From a virus (Duplodnaviria; Heunggongvirae; Uroviricota; Caudoviricetes), in IMG/VR virus record IMGVR_UViG_646206259_000004: a stretch of DNA of 45,219 nucleotides; one strand, 5' to 3'. Below, one piece after another: positions 1 through 8,874 of the stretch; position 1 is the stretch's first letter, and every line of letters begins with the position of its first letter. Position numbers and translations under genes: made by a program. The notes under the pieces are model-generated. The model was not told the DNA's origin, made no database searches, and saw nothing but the letters and a program-made list of their open reading frames with translations.

Positions 1-1131
1 TCAAATGACCAGTTTTTTCCATTCCTTACCGCGTGCGTCGTTGTAAATATCGGTCATTTTTTGATTCGAATGGCCCAGCAAAATTTTGGTATCAACCCCC
101 TGCTCTCTGAACAATCGCTCTGATAAAGATCTCTGCTCATGGAAAGAGGGTGGGGTGCCATTAGCACGCCAGTTGTAATCCACAGAATCCCGGGCTTTTT
201 TAAATGCAACGGTTAATGTTGCTGGCTTAACCATCCCGCCGCGCTTAGCTGTCCCTTTCGCGTGATGGTGGTGCAATAGCCACGGACTAAGAACGCAATC
301 GCGGCAGGATGACACCACATCATCTAGGGTGAGATTTAATTTATCGCAACGCAGAGCCAGAGGGATGGCAATCCGGGTTCCTGTTTTTTGCTGTTCGACA
401 TGAAGATAACCATCCCGGATATCCGAAAATTGCATTTTGCAAATATCTGAAAGGCGCTGGCCTGTCATCAGTGCCAGCAGCATACCGCGCTGTAAAAAGT
501 AACCATCCTTTTCCGCTGCGTTATAAATCATCATCCACTCATCAAAAGTCAGTCGCTGTCTTGATATCCGCACCTGCGGTTTTTTTGCCGATTCTGCAGG
601 GTTAAAGCCTGGCGGGACATCGCCCGTTTGCTGAGCTTCCCGGAAAACATCGATCAGTACTTTCCTGAAAATTTGTCCCATTCTGTTATGTCCTCTGGCC
701 TTGTACTCTTCCAGTACTGATACCACATCTTTTACGGTTATGGCATCTAACGGTCTGGTGCCAAAACGTTCATCAAATACCCTGAGAGGGGCCGCTTTCT
801 GTTTCAGCGTGTTGAGTTTGATCTCGCCGTTTTCATATCTTTCCTGTTGAATTTTTCTGTAATTATTCAGAAAAATGGTAACGGTTGATGAACCGCCGGT
901 GTCACTAATAATTTTCTCCTGCAGACTGAGCATTTGTTCCATTTGCTGCCGGGCAAGACGGCTGTTCGCTTCTGCTGCAATAGTTTCTGCCAGTTTCTGG
1001 TCAATACTGCCGAGACCGTGATTTTTGCCTGTTATGGGATGCCTGTAACGCCAGTAAACTTTGTTATTTCTTTTGTCAAAATACGGAGATAATCCCGGAA
1101 CATCGGTTTTATATTTTCGCGGGCGCGCCAT
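1..1131 (-). CDS. int: Tyrosine integrase (lambda Int family)
   Basis: 376 aa ORF at the prophage end; C-terminal LLGHSNQKMTDIY motif typical of the catalytic His/Tyr region of tyrosine recombinases; adjacent overlapping excisionase-like gene. Confidence 0.9.
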   Translation of the reverse strand: MARPRKYKTDVPGLSPYFDKRNNKVYWRYRHPITGKNHGLGSIDQKLAETIAAEANSRLARQQMEQMLSLQEKIISDTGGSSTVTIFLNNYRKIQQERYENGEIKLNTLKQKAAPLRVFDERFGTRPLDAITVKDVVSVLEEYKARGHNRMGQIFRKVLIDVFREAQQTGDVPPGFNPAESAKKPQVRISRQRLTFDEWMMIYNAAEKDGYFLQRGMLLALMTGQRLSDICKMQFSDIRDGYLHVEQQKTGTRIAIPLALRCDKLNLTLDDVVSSCRDCVLSPWLLHHHHAKGTAKRGGMVKPATLTVAFKKARDSVDYNWRANGTPPSFHEQRSLSERLFREQGVDTKILLGHSNQKMTDIYNDARGKEWKKLVI

Positions 1132-1357
1132 CTTCCAGTATCCTCTTCAAAGCAGGGTGATCTGTGGCGATCACCTCCGGCTTGTTTACCATTCCGACAA
1201 AGCGAGCTTGCGGATCCACTCGCCAGCGTCTTCCAACTTTTTTGGGGAGAGGAAATATCATTCCGGCTTTAGCGTATTTACTTAACGTACTCGGAGTAGG
1301 GACCGGTTCACTGAATTCCTCCTTTGCCCACTCAGTGAGCAGAATAAGTCTTGCCAT
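1109..1357 (-). CDS. xis: Excisionase (Xis-like)
   Basis: 82 aa ORF overlapping the int start by 23 nt; pattern LLTEW...IFPLPKKVGRRWRV resembles lambda Xis (EW...IFPPPVKDGREY). Confidence 0.75.
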   Translation of the reverse strand: MARLILLTEWAKEEFSEPVPTPSTLSKYAKAGMIFPLPKKVGRRWRVDPQARFVGMVNKPEVIATDHPALKRILEDGAPAKI

Positions 1358-1421
1358 GAGCGTCGTTCGCTAATCATGGTCGCCGCCACTATAGCTGGTG
1401 GGCAACGACCGGGGTTGAACA

Positions 1422-3893
1422 TTAAAAATCAGCCTGATTTGGGATCAGTTTTTGCCAGATAGCTGAAACGTATTTTGCCTGGTAACGGGCGTCATCAAGT
1501 GCATTATGGCGCTCACCTTCGAATGGAATAGCCGTTCTGGCATCGAAGTCTATGGCTTTCCCCAGCTCAACGATTGTGCGTACATCGCGATCGTTGTAGT
1601 AACGCCACGGGCAGGGGATCCCCTGCCGTTCGTATGAACGGCGCAAAATCGTGTTGTCGAAGTTGGCTCCATTTCCCCAAACCTGAACAAAAAATTCACC
1701 GGAGTTTTCGTCGATAAATTCCCGCAATTGTAACAGTGCATCATCTAACGGGATTTCATCGGTCATAATGGCAGATTGCGCTTCGCGTGATTGCTTAAGC
1801 CACCATTTAATGGTGTCCCGATCAATGACTCCGCCAGCAGTTTCCAGATCGATAGTCTTACTAAATTCCGGTCCCATATCTCCGGTTTGCGGATCGAAAA
1901 ATATTGCACCTATTGAGATGATCGGGGCATCAGGATTTTTTCCCATGGTTTCAAGGTCGATCATTAGATGGTCACACGTCCTGCTGGTGGATGTGATTTC
2001 GTGATGACCGTTCACCTTAATTGGGTGATCTGCCGTCTCGCCAGTTTCATTATCGCTATTGTGATGCTGATTGCCGCCAGTGTTCTCCTTGTGTGGATGT
2101 TCAGCGCCTTCCATTTCCTCCGGATCATCTTCCTGAACTTCAACCTGATACTCTTCATCGAATGTTTCTTGGTATGTTGCGTCGCCCATCACCGCGCCAC
2201 AATCAGGACAGTTGCCGCCGCCGGTCTGACCGCAGGCGGTGCAGGCTTTTTCCACTTCCTGGTGCGCCACTGGTTCAGGCTGTTTCGTTTCTGGCTCGTT
2301 TTGTAACGCATTTGGACTGTTTTGTTCCGCTTTTTGGTAGTTCCGTTCCGATTCATGCTGGTTCTGGCTCACAGAATCGCGGGTCTGGATCCCCTTAATC
2401 CATTTCGGATCATTCGGGTCACTAATCCCTTCAACAAATTCACCACGTGATGCAGCAAGCAACTTATCGGCGTCAGGCTGGCTGATATTGGCTGCCTGCA
2501 TAATTTTGTTTACTTCGTCAGCGGTAACTTTTATCGGCTCTGGTTGTTCTGAATCTTCAGCGGTATCTACATTTTGCGGTAAGCCCGTGTATGTGCCATT
2601 TTTTCGGGCAAAATATTCTTCTTTTGTGATTTCAGTGGCGCCAGCAGCCAGTGCCTTATCCAGACCAGAAAGTTTGTTTGCGCGACCGTATTTTTCTCCG
2701 TCCTTATCTGCGAAGAGGAAATAGAACGGCCCCTCACGCTCTACAGATGGTTCAGCTTCCGGCGCGGTTTCATTTTTTGGGATATCAGATACCTCAGTTT
2801 CCACTGCATCAGTTTGTGTTTCTGATGACTGGAGAACATCAACAGTGCCCAGGTCTGTTTCTTCATTCTCAAACACGCCCTTTGTCGTCAGGTATTCGCA
2901 GATATATTTGTTCAGTGCTACGGGATCTTTGTGAATGTCGATCGGACGCTCACGGACAAGGCCAAAAATAGTTTGGCGGTCGTAGCGAAGGGCATCAGGC
3001 TGTTTGCGCATTGATGCCGAGATACGCTTCCAGTCTTCGCGGTCGTTGTCGATAACTTCTTTTTTTGCCCAGCGATGGATGCTGCCGTCAATGTTTCCGG
3101 CATCCACATCACCAGGCCAGAGAGCGTAGGCCAGTTCGTCATCCAGTGTTTTCCATGTCTGCTTGTATTCGCGATGAATGGCAGCAATGACCGGGCTGAT
3201 TTTTCCTGTTGAATTTTCAGTGTACTGTTGATTGGCTCTGGCGCGGGCGAGATCAACAACAGACGTGTATTTTCCGGTTTCCTTGCGTTCACCTTCGCGA
3301 CGTTTTTTCCAGATGCGCATCTCTGCCTGAATTTCGGGCCATTTAGCACCAGGAATACATTTATGCTTAACCCACCCAATGGCGTGCAACTTAAGCTCCG
3401 GATACATGGCGTTAACTTCTGGCATTTTCATCAACGCTTCAACGATATGTCCGTCGAATGTTGCCATGTCTTCCTGCAACAATTCCTGTGCGCTAATAAC
3501 CATATCAACGGTGATGTTTTCACATGTGTCGAACTTAACCATGACAGCGTTCTGTACTTCAGGGGCCAGCTTGTCAAAAGTGACGTTCATCGGATCGGAT
3601 TCAGTCTCGACCGGAACAAAGGAAGCAGACGCCTCATCCCAGCGGTTTTCCTGCATATATTCAGCATCCCAGGAATCGAGGGCAGGGCGGGGTATACCGG
3701 GTTTATCCTCGCAAACAAGAAATTTATAAGCGCAGTCCTGAGCAGCCGGATAATGTTCCAGGAATTGCCAGTGAAATTTTGCGCGGGCGCGACGTTCATC
3801 ACCGGCTTCAATGGCAGTGGCTACAGCGACGGCACCTTCTTCCTTTATTGCCTGTTCGTCCGGAATGGCGGCGCAAATAAAGACTTTACTCAT
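1422..3893 (-). CDS. Phage exonuclease with C-terminal DEDDh (DnaQ-like) 3'-5' exonuclease domain
   Basis: 823 aa ORF; C-terminal region carries MIDLETMG, GNGANFD and HNALDDA motifs (DEDDh exonuclease signature); central CxxC...CxxC zinc-ribbon-like segment and long acidic linker. Position after xis matches the exo slot of lambdoid prophages. Confidence 0.7.
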   Translation of the reverse strand: MSKVFICAAIPDEQAIKEEGAVAVATAIEAGDERRARAKFHWQFLEHYPAAQDCAYKFLVCEDKPGIPRPALDSWDAEYMQENRWDEASASFVPVETESDPMNVTFDKLAPEVQNAVMVKFDTCENITVDMVISAQELLQEDMATFDGHIVEALMKMPEVNAMYPELKLHAIGWVKHKCIPGAKWPEIQAEMRIWKKRREGERKETGKYTSVVDLARARANQQYTENSTGKISPVIAAIHREYKQTWKTLDDELAYALWPGDVDAGNIDGSIHRWAKKEVIDNDREDWKRISASMRKQPDALRYDRQTIFGLVRERPIDIHKDPVALNKYICEYLTTKGVFENEETDLGTVDVLQSSETQTDAVETEVSDIPKNETAPEAEPSVEREGPFYFLFADKDGEKYGRANKLSGLDKALAAGATEITKEEYFARKNGTYTGLPQNVDTAEDSEQPEPIKVTADEVNKIMQAANISQPDADKLLAASRGEFVEGISDPNDPKWIKGIQTRDSVSQNQHESERNYQKAEQNSPNALQNEPETKQPEPVAHQEVEKACTACGQTGGGNCPDCGAVMGDATYQETFDEEYQVEVQEDDPEEMEGAEHPHKENTGGNQHHNSDNETGETADHPIKVNGHHEITSTSRTCDHLMIDLETMGKNPDAPIISIGAIFFDPQTGDMGPEFSKTIDLETAGGVIDRDTIKWWLKQSREAQSAIMTDEIPLDDALLQLREFIDENSGEFFVQVWGNGANFDNTILRRSYERQGIPCPWRYYNDRDVRTIVELGKAIDFDARTAIPFEGERHNALDDARYQAKYVSAIWQKLIPNQADF

Positions 3894-3985
3894 TTTGTTT
3901 TACCTCATTACAGATTTAAGGGTGAACAAATCCCTGCCATTGCTGGCATATAAGAATGAAATCGGATGTTTATTACGGAACTGTT

Positions 3986-4186
3986 TTAAAGACCTGCCGG
4001 GATTTCGTTATTATCCTGGTGAATAACTTTATCGACCGGGTAACAGTTACCGGGAATTTTCTGTTCGGTTGCTGCAGTCACACACTCCTGCATTGTCCTG
4101 TGAACACTGACTGCAGTATCAACTGGCTCTCCGGAAACAAGAAAAACTGTCAGAACAAGTGCAAATGCTGTATTCATTGCCAGCAT
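3986..4186 (-). CDS. ydfD: YdfD-like small membrane (lysis) protein
   Basis: 66 aa from the internal ATG with AAGGA RBS; hydrophobic N-terminus (AFALVLTVFLVSG) then ...VSVHRTMQEC...GNCYPVDKVIHQDN..., matching my recollection of Qin YdfD; overlaps the dicB stop by 13 nt. Confidence 0.55.
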   Translation of the reverse strand: MLAMNTAFALVLTVFLVSGEPVDTAVSVHRTMQECVTAATEQKIPGNCYPVDKVIHQDNNEIPAGL

Positions 4187-4362
4187 CCTTTTTGTATCGG
4201 ACGTAAACGGGCCAACATTGAAAGAATGCATATTTTATTTAATAGCTCCCGTTCGTGTTTTCTCTTGTTAATGGCATCTTCAGTAAATACAGGGTTACTG
4301 ATAGTGACACCAATTTCAAAACAACCTTCAGACGTATTAACGTTTGGTAATAACGTTTCCAT
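4174..4362 (-). CDS. dicB: Cell-division inhibitor DicB
   Basis: 62 aa ORF METLLPNVNTSEGCFEIGVTISNPVFTEDAINKRK...LNKICI.SMLARLR...KGC.Q, recognised as DicB; lies immediately downstream of DicF as in Qin. The 97 aa ORF in the track is an upstream over-extension. Confidence 0.8.
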   Translation of the reverse strand: METLLPNVNTSEGCFEIGVTISNPVFTEDAINKRKHERELLNKICILSMLARLRPIQKGCWQ

Positions 4363-4531
4363 TATCGCGTCCTCAACAATGAATTTTGTGATGCGGTGCC
4401 TGGTGCTTCCAGGTGACGTTAACCAGTTAACAATTAACGCCGGATACAGAGAATCCACCCATAACACTGTTTTTGGTTTTAACTGTTCCGCGTGCGCTTA
4501 GCCGCATTCACCGCATCACAAAATTCACTTT

Positions 4532-4589
4532 AAAAAGGGCGGCAGAGCAGTCACGGAGTAAAACTGATACCGCCAAACGTCACCAGAAA
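4532..4589 (-). ncRNA. dicF: DicF small RNA
   Basis: Reverse complement reads TTTCTGGTGACGTTTGGCGGTATCAGTTTTACTCCGTGACTGCTCTGCCGCCCTTTTT, recognised as DicF including its GC hairpin and U-run terminator; sits between the ydfC-like gene and dicB. Confidence 0.75.
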
Positions 4590-4927
4590 ATTGATAACAG
4601 AGGGCGTTGCAGCGGGGTTGTCACTTAAGCGTATGGTCAACCTGACAACCCGGTGTCCTCAACGGTGGAAGGAATAACCCCGCCATACTTACCGCCGCGC
4701 CATTTCGCGGATTGCCACAACCGGAAGCGCACGGTCGACGAAAATTTAACGACAGGCTATCTATGAACCAGCTACCTCGCCGTGCGCTTTCGCGTTATGG
4801 TCTGACTTTTCAGGGAAATATCCTTTCAGTAAACTGTCAGTGCCGGATGCTCACCCGTGTCCGGCGCACGCACTCCACCTCACCCGTGGAGAACTCCTTA
4901 ATTACCAACCTTAGCTTCGTTGGTTAG

Positions 4928-5149
4928 CTATTCACGCGGGTATGTAATCATTCTGGCAATGCTTAATGCCGCTGCTTTTTCCAGATTGGTGATATCCTGC
5001 TCCAGAGCGGACAGATTTTCAGCCTGCTTAGCCCTGGCTTCATTGGCCCATTTCAAATCCTGCGCTGCATTAATTTTCTGGCGCATCCACTCATAAAGTT
5101 CATCATTGGTATAGTCTGGCGCGATGATGACGGGTTCTCGTTTCTGCAT
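4928..5149 (-). CDS. ydfC: YdfC-like small protein
   Basis: 73 aa ORF directly upstream of DicF in the same operon orientation; size and position match Qin ydfC. Confidence 0.55.
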   Translation of the reverse strand: MQKREPVIIAPDYTNDELYEWMRQKINAAQDLKWANEARAKQAENLSALEQDITNLEKAAALSIARMITYPRE

Positions 5150-5178
5150 ACTGATTCCTCGCGGTGCTGCTTCGCTTA

Positions 5179-5307
5179 TCAGCCGTTAGATTTTGCCGAG
5201 CTGGAAAGCGCCTGTTTAAACTCACTGAAGCTGAGAGCTTCTTCGCCTTCGGCAAGGCCTTCGAAGTATTCTTCGTAAGCCTTTTCCATGATTGTGTCGA
5301 AATCCAT
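5179..5307 (-). CDS. ydfB: YdfB-like small protein (42 aa)
   Basis: Short ORF found by hand, below the track threshold: MDFDTIMEKAYEEYFEGLAEGEEALSFSEFKQALSSSAKSNG; fills the gap between the ydfA-like and ydfC-like genes. The track ORF 5103..5312 is the wrong frame. Confidence 0.5.
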   Translation of the reverse strand: MDFDTIMEKAYEEYFEGLAEGEEALSFSEFKQALSSSAKSNG

Positions 5308-5308
5308 A

Positions 5309-5464
5309 TCACTCACCTGAGTTTCTTTCCAGCCAGCGACGGGCACCATTTTCGGTTTTAAACGTTTTGCTTTTGGTATACGTCATCGCGGTGAACGTAC
5401 CGTCCTGGTTGGGGAACACGCCACATACCAGAGATTCGCTGTTGCCAAGATCGATAGTATCCAT
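5309..5464 (-). CDS. ydfA: YdfA-like small protein (51 aa)
   Basis: Internal start MDTIDLGNSE... preceded by a GAGG RBS; 51 aa matches the size of Qin YdfA; first gene downstream of the repressor on the minus strand. Confidence 0.5.
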   Translation of the reverse strand: MDTIDLGNSESLVCGVFPNQDGTFTAMTYTKSKTFKTENGARRWLERNSGE

Positions 5465-5756
5465 GCTGACCTCATTTCCCCTTAACGCCGGGGTAGCGGA
5501 ACAAAAACCTGCTGCATAGTTATTAAAGTTGAACCCTGCCGTCATGTTCTTACGCCTCGGGCTGGCTACTTAACCCCTGACCACTGCCTGGTAACTAGAA
5601 GTATTGCCCTGCATTCTGTGGGGTGGGGAGAGGGAATGAATTAAGTTTAGAAAAATGAACTTTTCAGGTCAATGTTTTTTTATCAAAACATTTTAAGCAG
5701 GCAGCTGTTAAGCCATCACCACGATGGCATACAGTTAATCAAATAGATGAGGTCGG

Positions 5757-6395
5757 TTAAATATTTTGTTGAATTTTAAAGCATACGCCCAATATGCAAG
5801 ATAGATCATCCAGCATAATTGAAGGGTAGCGAGGATTCGTGGGGACTAAAAGAATATCCGGCCCTTCTATCTCCAGTTTACGAATGACAGGTGTTGTGGT
5901 CCCTTTGGGTAAGGCAAGGACAATATTTCCTGGTTGTACGGTTCGATCGGGATCAACAAAAACTGTTGAACCATTTGGGATGGAAACTCCCCCACCAGAT
6001 GTTGACATACTGTCACTCTCTAGAACAACTGCAAAGGTATTGGCCGGGATTTCTCCGACAAGCTGCACACAAGAGGTTATTGAGGAATTTTTCATATAAT
6101 CACTCCAGCTTGCTGCCTGCTGAAGTGATAGTAGCGGAACCGTTTTTATCGGCGGTAAAGATAGATCAAGCGAATCACCTGTATTTAACTCTCCTCCATT
6201 AAGAAGCCAATTTTCGTTTACTTTCAATATTTTTGCCAGTGAACTTATGTAACGCGAGGACGGCGCTCCTCCACCGTTCATCCATTGACTTACGGAGCCT
6301 TTTGATGCGCCAGTGGCATTGACAAGGTCTTTGCCTTTCAGGTTTAGCGCATGCATACGTTGGGTTATGCGTTCAGATATTGTTTGCTTGTTCAT
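5757..6395 (-). CDS. CI-like prophage repressor (HTH plus S24 LexA-like peptidase domain)
   Basis: 212 aa; N-terminal HTH (LKGKDLVNATGASKGSVSQWMNG), C-terminal S24 autocleavage module with the SDSMS serine motif and downstream Lys (VIRKLE); divergent from the cro-like gene. Confidence 0.85.
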   Translation of the reverse strand: MNKQTISERITQRMHALNLKGKDLVNATGASKGSVSQWMNGGGAPSSRYISSLAKILKVNENWLLNGGELNTGDSLDLSLPPIKTVPLLSLQQAASWSDYMKNSSITSCVQLVGEIPANTFAVVLESDSMSTSGGGVSIPNGSTVFVDPDRTVQPGNIVLALPKGTTTPVIRKLEIEGPDILLVPTNPRYPSIMLDDLSCILGVCFKIQQNI

Positions 6396-6486
6396 GTTTT
6401 GATTTTAAAACACAGATGGTTTTGTTTCTTGACTTTCTTTGGTTTTGATTATTAAACTTTTGGCGTTCAGTTTTATGGAGCGACTC
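6396..6486. promoter_or_regulatory. Divergent immunity promoter/operator region between the repressor and cro-like gene
   Basis: 91 bp AT-rich spacer with repeated TTTTGATT motifs, a GTTTTAAAAC palindrome and a TTGACT (-35)-like hexamer followed by TATTAA. Confidence 0.45.
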
Positions 6487-6729
6487 ATGAAAAAATCAGA
6501 AGTATTAGGCTATTTTGGCGGAGTTGTTAAAACAGCCGCAGCTCTAGGAACGTCAAAAACCACAGTCAGCATGTGGGGGGAAGAGGTTCCGTGGAAATGG
6601 GCGTTGCTAATTCAGGCAGTCACTGCCGGGGCGCTCAAATATGAGTTACACATACCGACGGTTGTCATTCCCGGTTCTGATCATAATCCGCCTTCTAACC
6701 AAGGGGGGATTCATGAAAATCAAGCATGA
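6487..6729 (+). CDS. Cro-like / YdaS-like small DNA-binding protein
   Basis: Starts MKKSEVLGYFGG... after a GGAG RBS; divergent from the repressor; HTH-like segment (AAALGTSKTTVSMW). C-terminal extent uncertain because it overlaps the next gene. Confidence 0.5.
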   Translation: MKKSEVLGYFGGVVKTAAALGTSKTTVSMWGEEVPWKWALLIQAVTAGALKYELHIPTVVIPGSDHNPPSNQGGIHENQA

Positions 6730-7138
6730 ACACATCCGCATGGCGATGAATGCCTGGGCGCGTCCTGATGGCGAAAAAGTTCCGGCAGCTGGAATAACCC
6801 AGGCTTATTTTGAGTTGGGTATGACGTTTCCTGAACTGTACGACGACAGCCATCCGGAAGCCCTGGCTCGCAATACCCAGAAAATTTTCCGCTGGATAGA
6901 GAAAGACACCCCTGATGCAGTTGAAAAAATTCAGGCGTTGTTACCAGCGATCGAAAAGGCAATGCCACCTTTGCTGGTGGCCAGAATGCGCAGCCACAGT
7001 TCAGCTTATTTTCGGGAGCTGGTGGAGACGCGGGAGCGACTGGTGAGAGACGCTGATGATTTTGTCGCAGTGGCAATCGCCGGTTTCAATCAGATGAACC
7101 GTGGTGGCCCGGCAGGAAATGCTGTGGCAGTACATTGA
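6713..7138 (+). CDS. CII-like / YdaT-like regulator
   Basis: 141 aa from MKIKHEHI... with a strong AAGGGGGG RBS; second gene of the early rightward operon; N-terminus resembles Rac YdaT from memory. Confidence 0.5.
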   Translation: MKIKHEHIRMAMNAWARPDGEKVPAAGITQAYFELGMTFPELYDDSHPEALARNTQKIFRWIEKDTPDAVEKIQALLPAIEKAMPPLLVARMRSHSSAYFRELVETRERLVRDADDFVAVAIAGFNQMNRGGPAGNAVAVH

Positions 7139-7203
7139 CTGACAATAGCCATATCGAATCGCTTCCGGCAACTCGTGAGTAAAAAGATTCGGTATCAGAA
7201 GAG

Positions 7204-8280
7204 GTGAGTATGGCTAACGCCTGGCTCAGATTATGGCATGACATGCCAAATGACCCTAAGTGGCGAACAATTGCCAGGGTGTCAGGGCAGCCAATTGCAA
7301 CAGTGATGGCAGTGTATATCCACCTCCTGGTGAGCGCGTCACGAAATGTCACGCGAGGTCACATTGATGTCACGACAGAAGATTTGGCAAGTGCGCTCGA
7401 CGTGACAGAAGAGGTAATTGATTCAATTTTGCAGACGATGCAGGGGCGGGTACTTGATGGTGATTTAATCACTGGATGGGAAAAACGCCAGGTGCTTAAA
7501 GAGGACAACGGCAATATTTCGCAAACCGCAAAATCTCCTGCAGAGCGCAAGAGGGCGCAGCGAGAGAGGGAAAGAAAGCGGGAACAAAATGGCGATTGTC
7601 ACGGCGCGTCACGAAATGTCACGCACATGTCACGACGAGTCACGACAGATAAAGATACAGATAAAGATACAGATCAAGAAGATCAAAACACTATGGTCCA
7701 TGGCGTAAAAAACGCCACGAACCAGGCAGGGGATGTTCAGACCGTCAATCTTGGTCAGCCAGCAGGCACGACACCGGAAGCCGATTCAGCGTATGCGCTG
7801 AAAGCCGATTCGGGCGCTGTGCAGCAGGTGATGACCGCAAGGCCGGAGCAATCACACCAACTGCAGCAGCCCGAAGCCGATTCCGCCATTCAGCGGGAAG
7901 CCGATCGGGTAGTCCCGGAAAACACCGGGCAGTCTGTGGGACGAGTGGATTATCCGGATGTGTTCGAACAGGTCTGGCGGGAGTACCCGTTGCGTGCTGG
8001 GGCAAACCCGAAGAAATCCGCTTTCAGTGCCTGGAAGGCCAGATTACGCGAGGGGGTGCCACCAGAGGCCATGCTGGATGGCGTGAGGCGTTACGCAAGA
8101 TACTTGGCGGCTACCGGGAAAACGGGAACGGAATTTGTTCAGCGAGCGACGACGTTTTTTGGACCGGACCGGAATTTTGAGAACCCCTGGTTGCTCCCGG
8201 TAAGCGGCACGAACAACCAGCGTTGTGTGAATCATATTTCTGAACCGGATAACGAAATTCCGCCGGGCTTCAGGGGGTAA
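7204..8280 (+). CDS. Replication-initiator-like protein (O-like) containing iteron-like repeats
   Basis: 358 aa ORF in the replication slot; carries internal phased GTCAC(G) repeats and an adjacent A-rich tandem element, as lambda O carries ori. Confidence 0.5.
   Translation: MSMANAWLRLWHDMPNDPKWRTIARVSGQPIATVMAVYIHLLVSASRNVTRGHIDVTTEDLASALDVTEEVIDSILQTMQGRVLDGDLITGWEKRQVLKEDNGNISQTAKSPAERKRAQRERERKREQNGDCHGASRNVTHMSRRVTTDKDTDKDTDQEDQNTMVHGVKNATNQAGDVQTVNLGQPAGTTPEADSAYALKADSGAVQQVMTARPEQSHQLQQPEADSAIQREADRVVPENTGQSVGRVDYPDVFEQVWREYPLRAGANPKKSAFSAWKARLREGVPPEAMLDGVRRYARYLAATGKTGTEFVQRATTFFGPDRNFENPWLLPVSGTNNQRCVNHISEPDNEIPPGFRG
7335..7690. repeat. Iteron-like GTCACG repeats (two clusters, about 10 bp phasing) plus A-rich tandem repeat: putative ori
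   Basis: GTCAC at 7338, 7348, 7358, 7369 and again at 7598, 7608, 7618, 7629, 7639; followed by GATAAAGATACA x2 and an A-rich stretch (7647-7690). Confidence 0.5.
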
Positions 8281-8320
8281 GTGTTAATTTCTGGTCATGA
8301 GGTAATTTTCAGGAGGGCTT

Positions 8321-8743
8321 GTGGCAAAAGTTTTTACACAAGAAGAGCGGGAAAAAATTAAAGGACAGGTTGTTGAACTCGTACGCCAGAGTGGGCGTGA
8401 GACGTTACGGCAACTGGAAGTCAAGACAGGTGCGACAAGATATCTGATGAGCGTTCTCGCAAGAGAGCTGGTTGCCAGCGGCGATGTATGCAACTCTGGT
8501 TACGGGTTATTCCCGTCTGAACAGGCGCGTAAGGACTGGCAAAATGCCCGTAAAAAGCTCTCAAGGGCAAAGCTGAAGAAACCATCTGCGGTTGATCCGG
8601 ACCTTATCTGGTCATTACCTGACGGAGAAATACGTCGCTACGACAGGCGTCAGAACATAATCTGTCGCGAGTGCCGGAAGAGTGAAGTTATGCAGCGCAT
8701 ATTGTCGTTTTATCAGGGTGATGTTCGGTATTTATTGAAGTGA
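8321..8743 (+). CDS. Hypothetical phage protein
   Basis: 140 aa ORF with GTG start 5 nt after an AGGAGG RBS; basic C-terminus with a CRECRK motif; no family recognised. Confidence 0.5.
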   Translation: MAKVFTQEEREKIKGQVVELVRQSGRETLRQLEVKTGATRYLMSVLARELVASGDVCNSGYGLFPSEQARKDWQNARKKLSRAKLKKPSAVDPDLIWSLPDGEIRRYDRRQNIICRECRKSEVMQRILSFYQGDVRYLLK

Positions 8744-8874
8744 CGAGATTAAAGTGCATTAGTTCAGATGCAAATTGACATTTTGTGGCACAGGGTAGAG
8801 CTAGCGTGGTTGTCCGCTTTGTGCCAATAGCGGACATTGCTGGCTCATGGTATGTTAGTTTAAGGAGGCAGGTT

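Noticed and set aside
5103-5312. 69-aa minus-strand ORF from the track
   Set aside because: A different frame of the same strand encodes the recognisable 42-aa YdfB-like protein; the 69-aa frame is basic nonsense.
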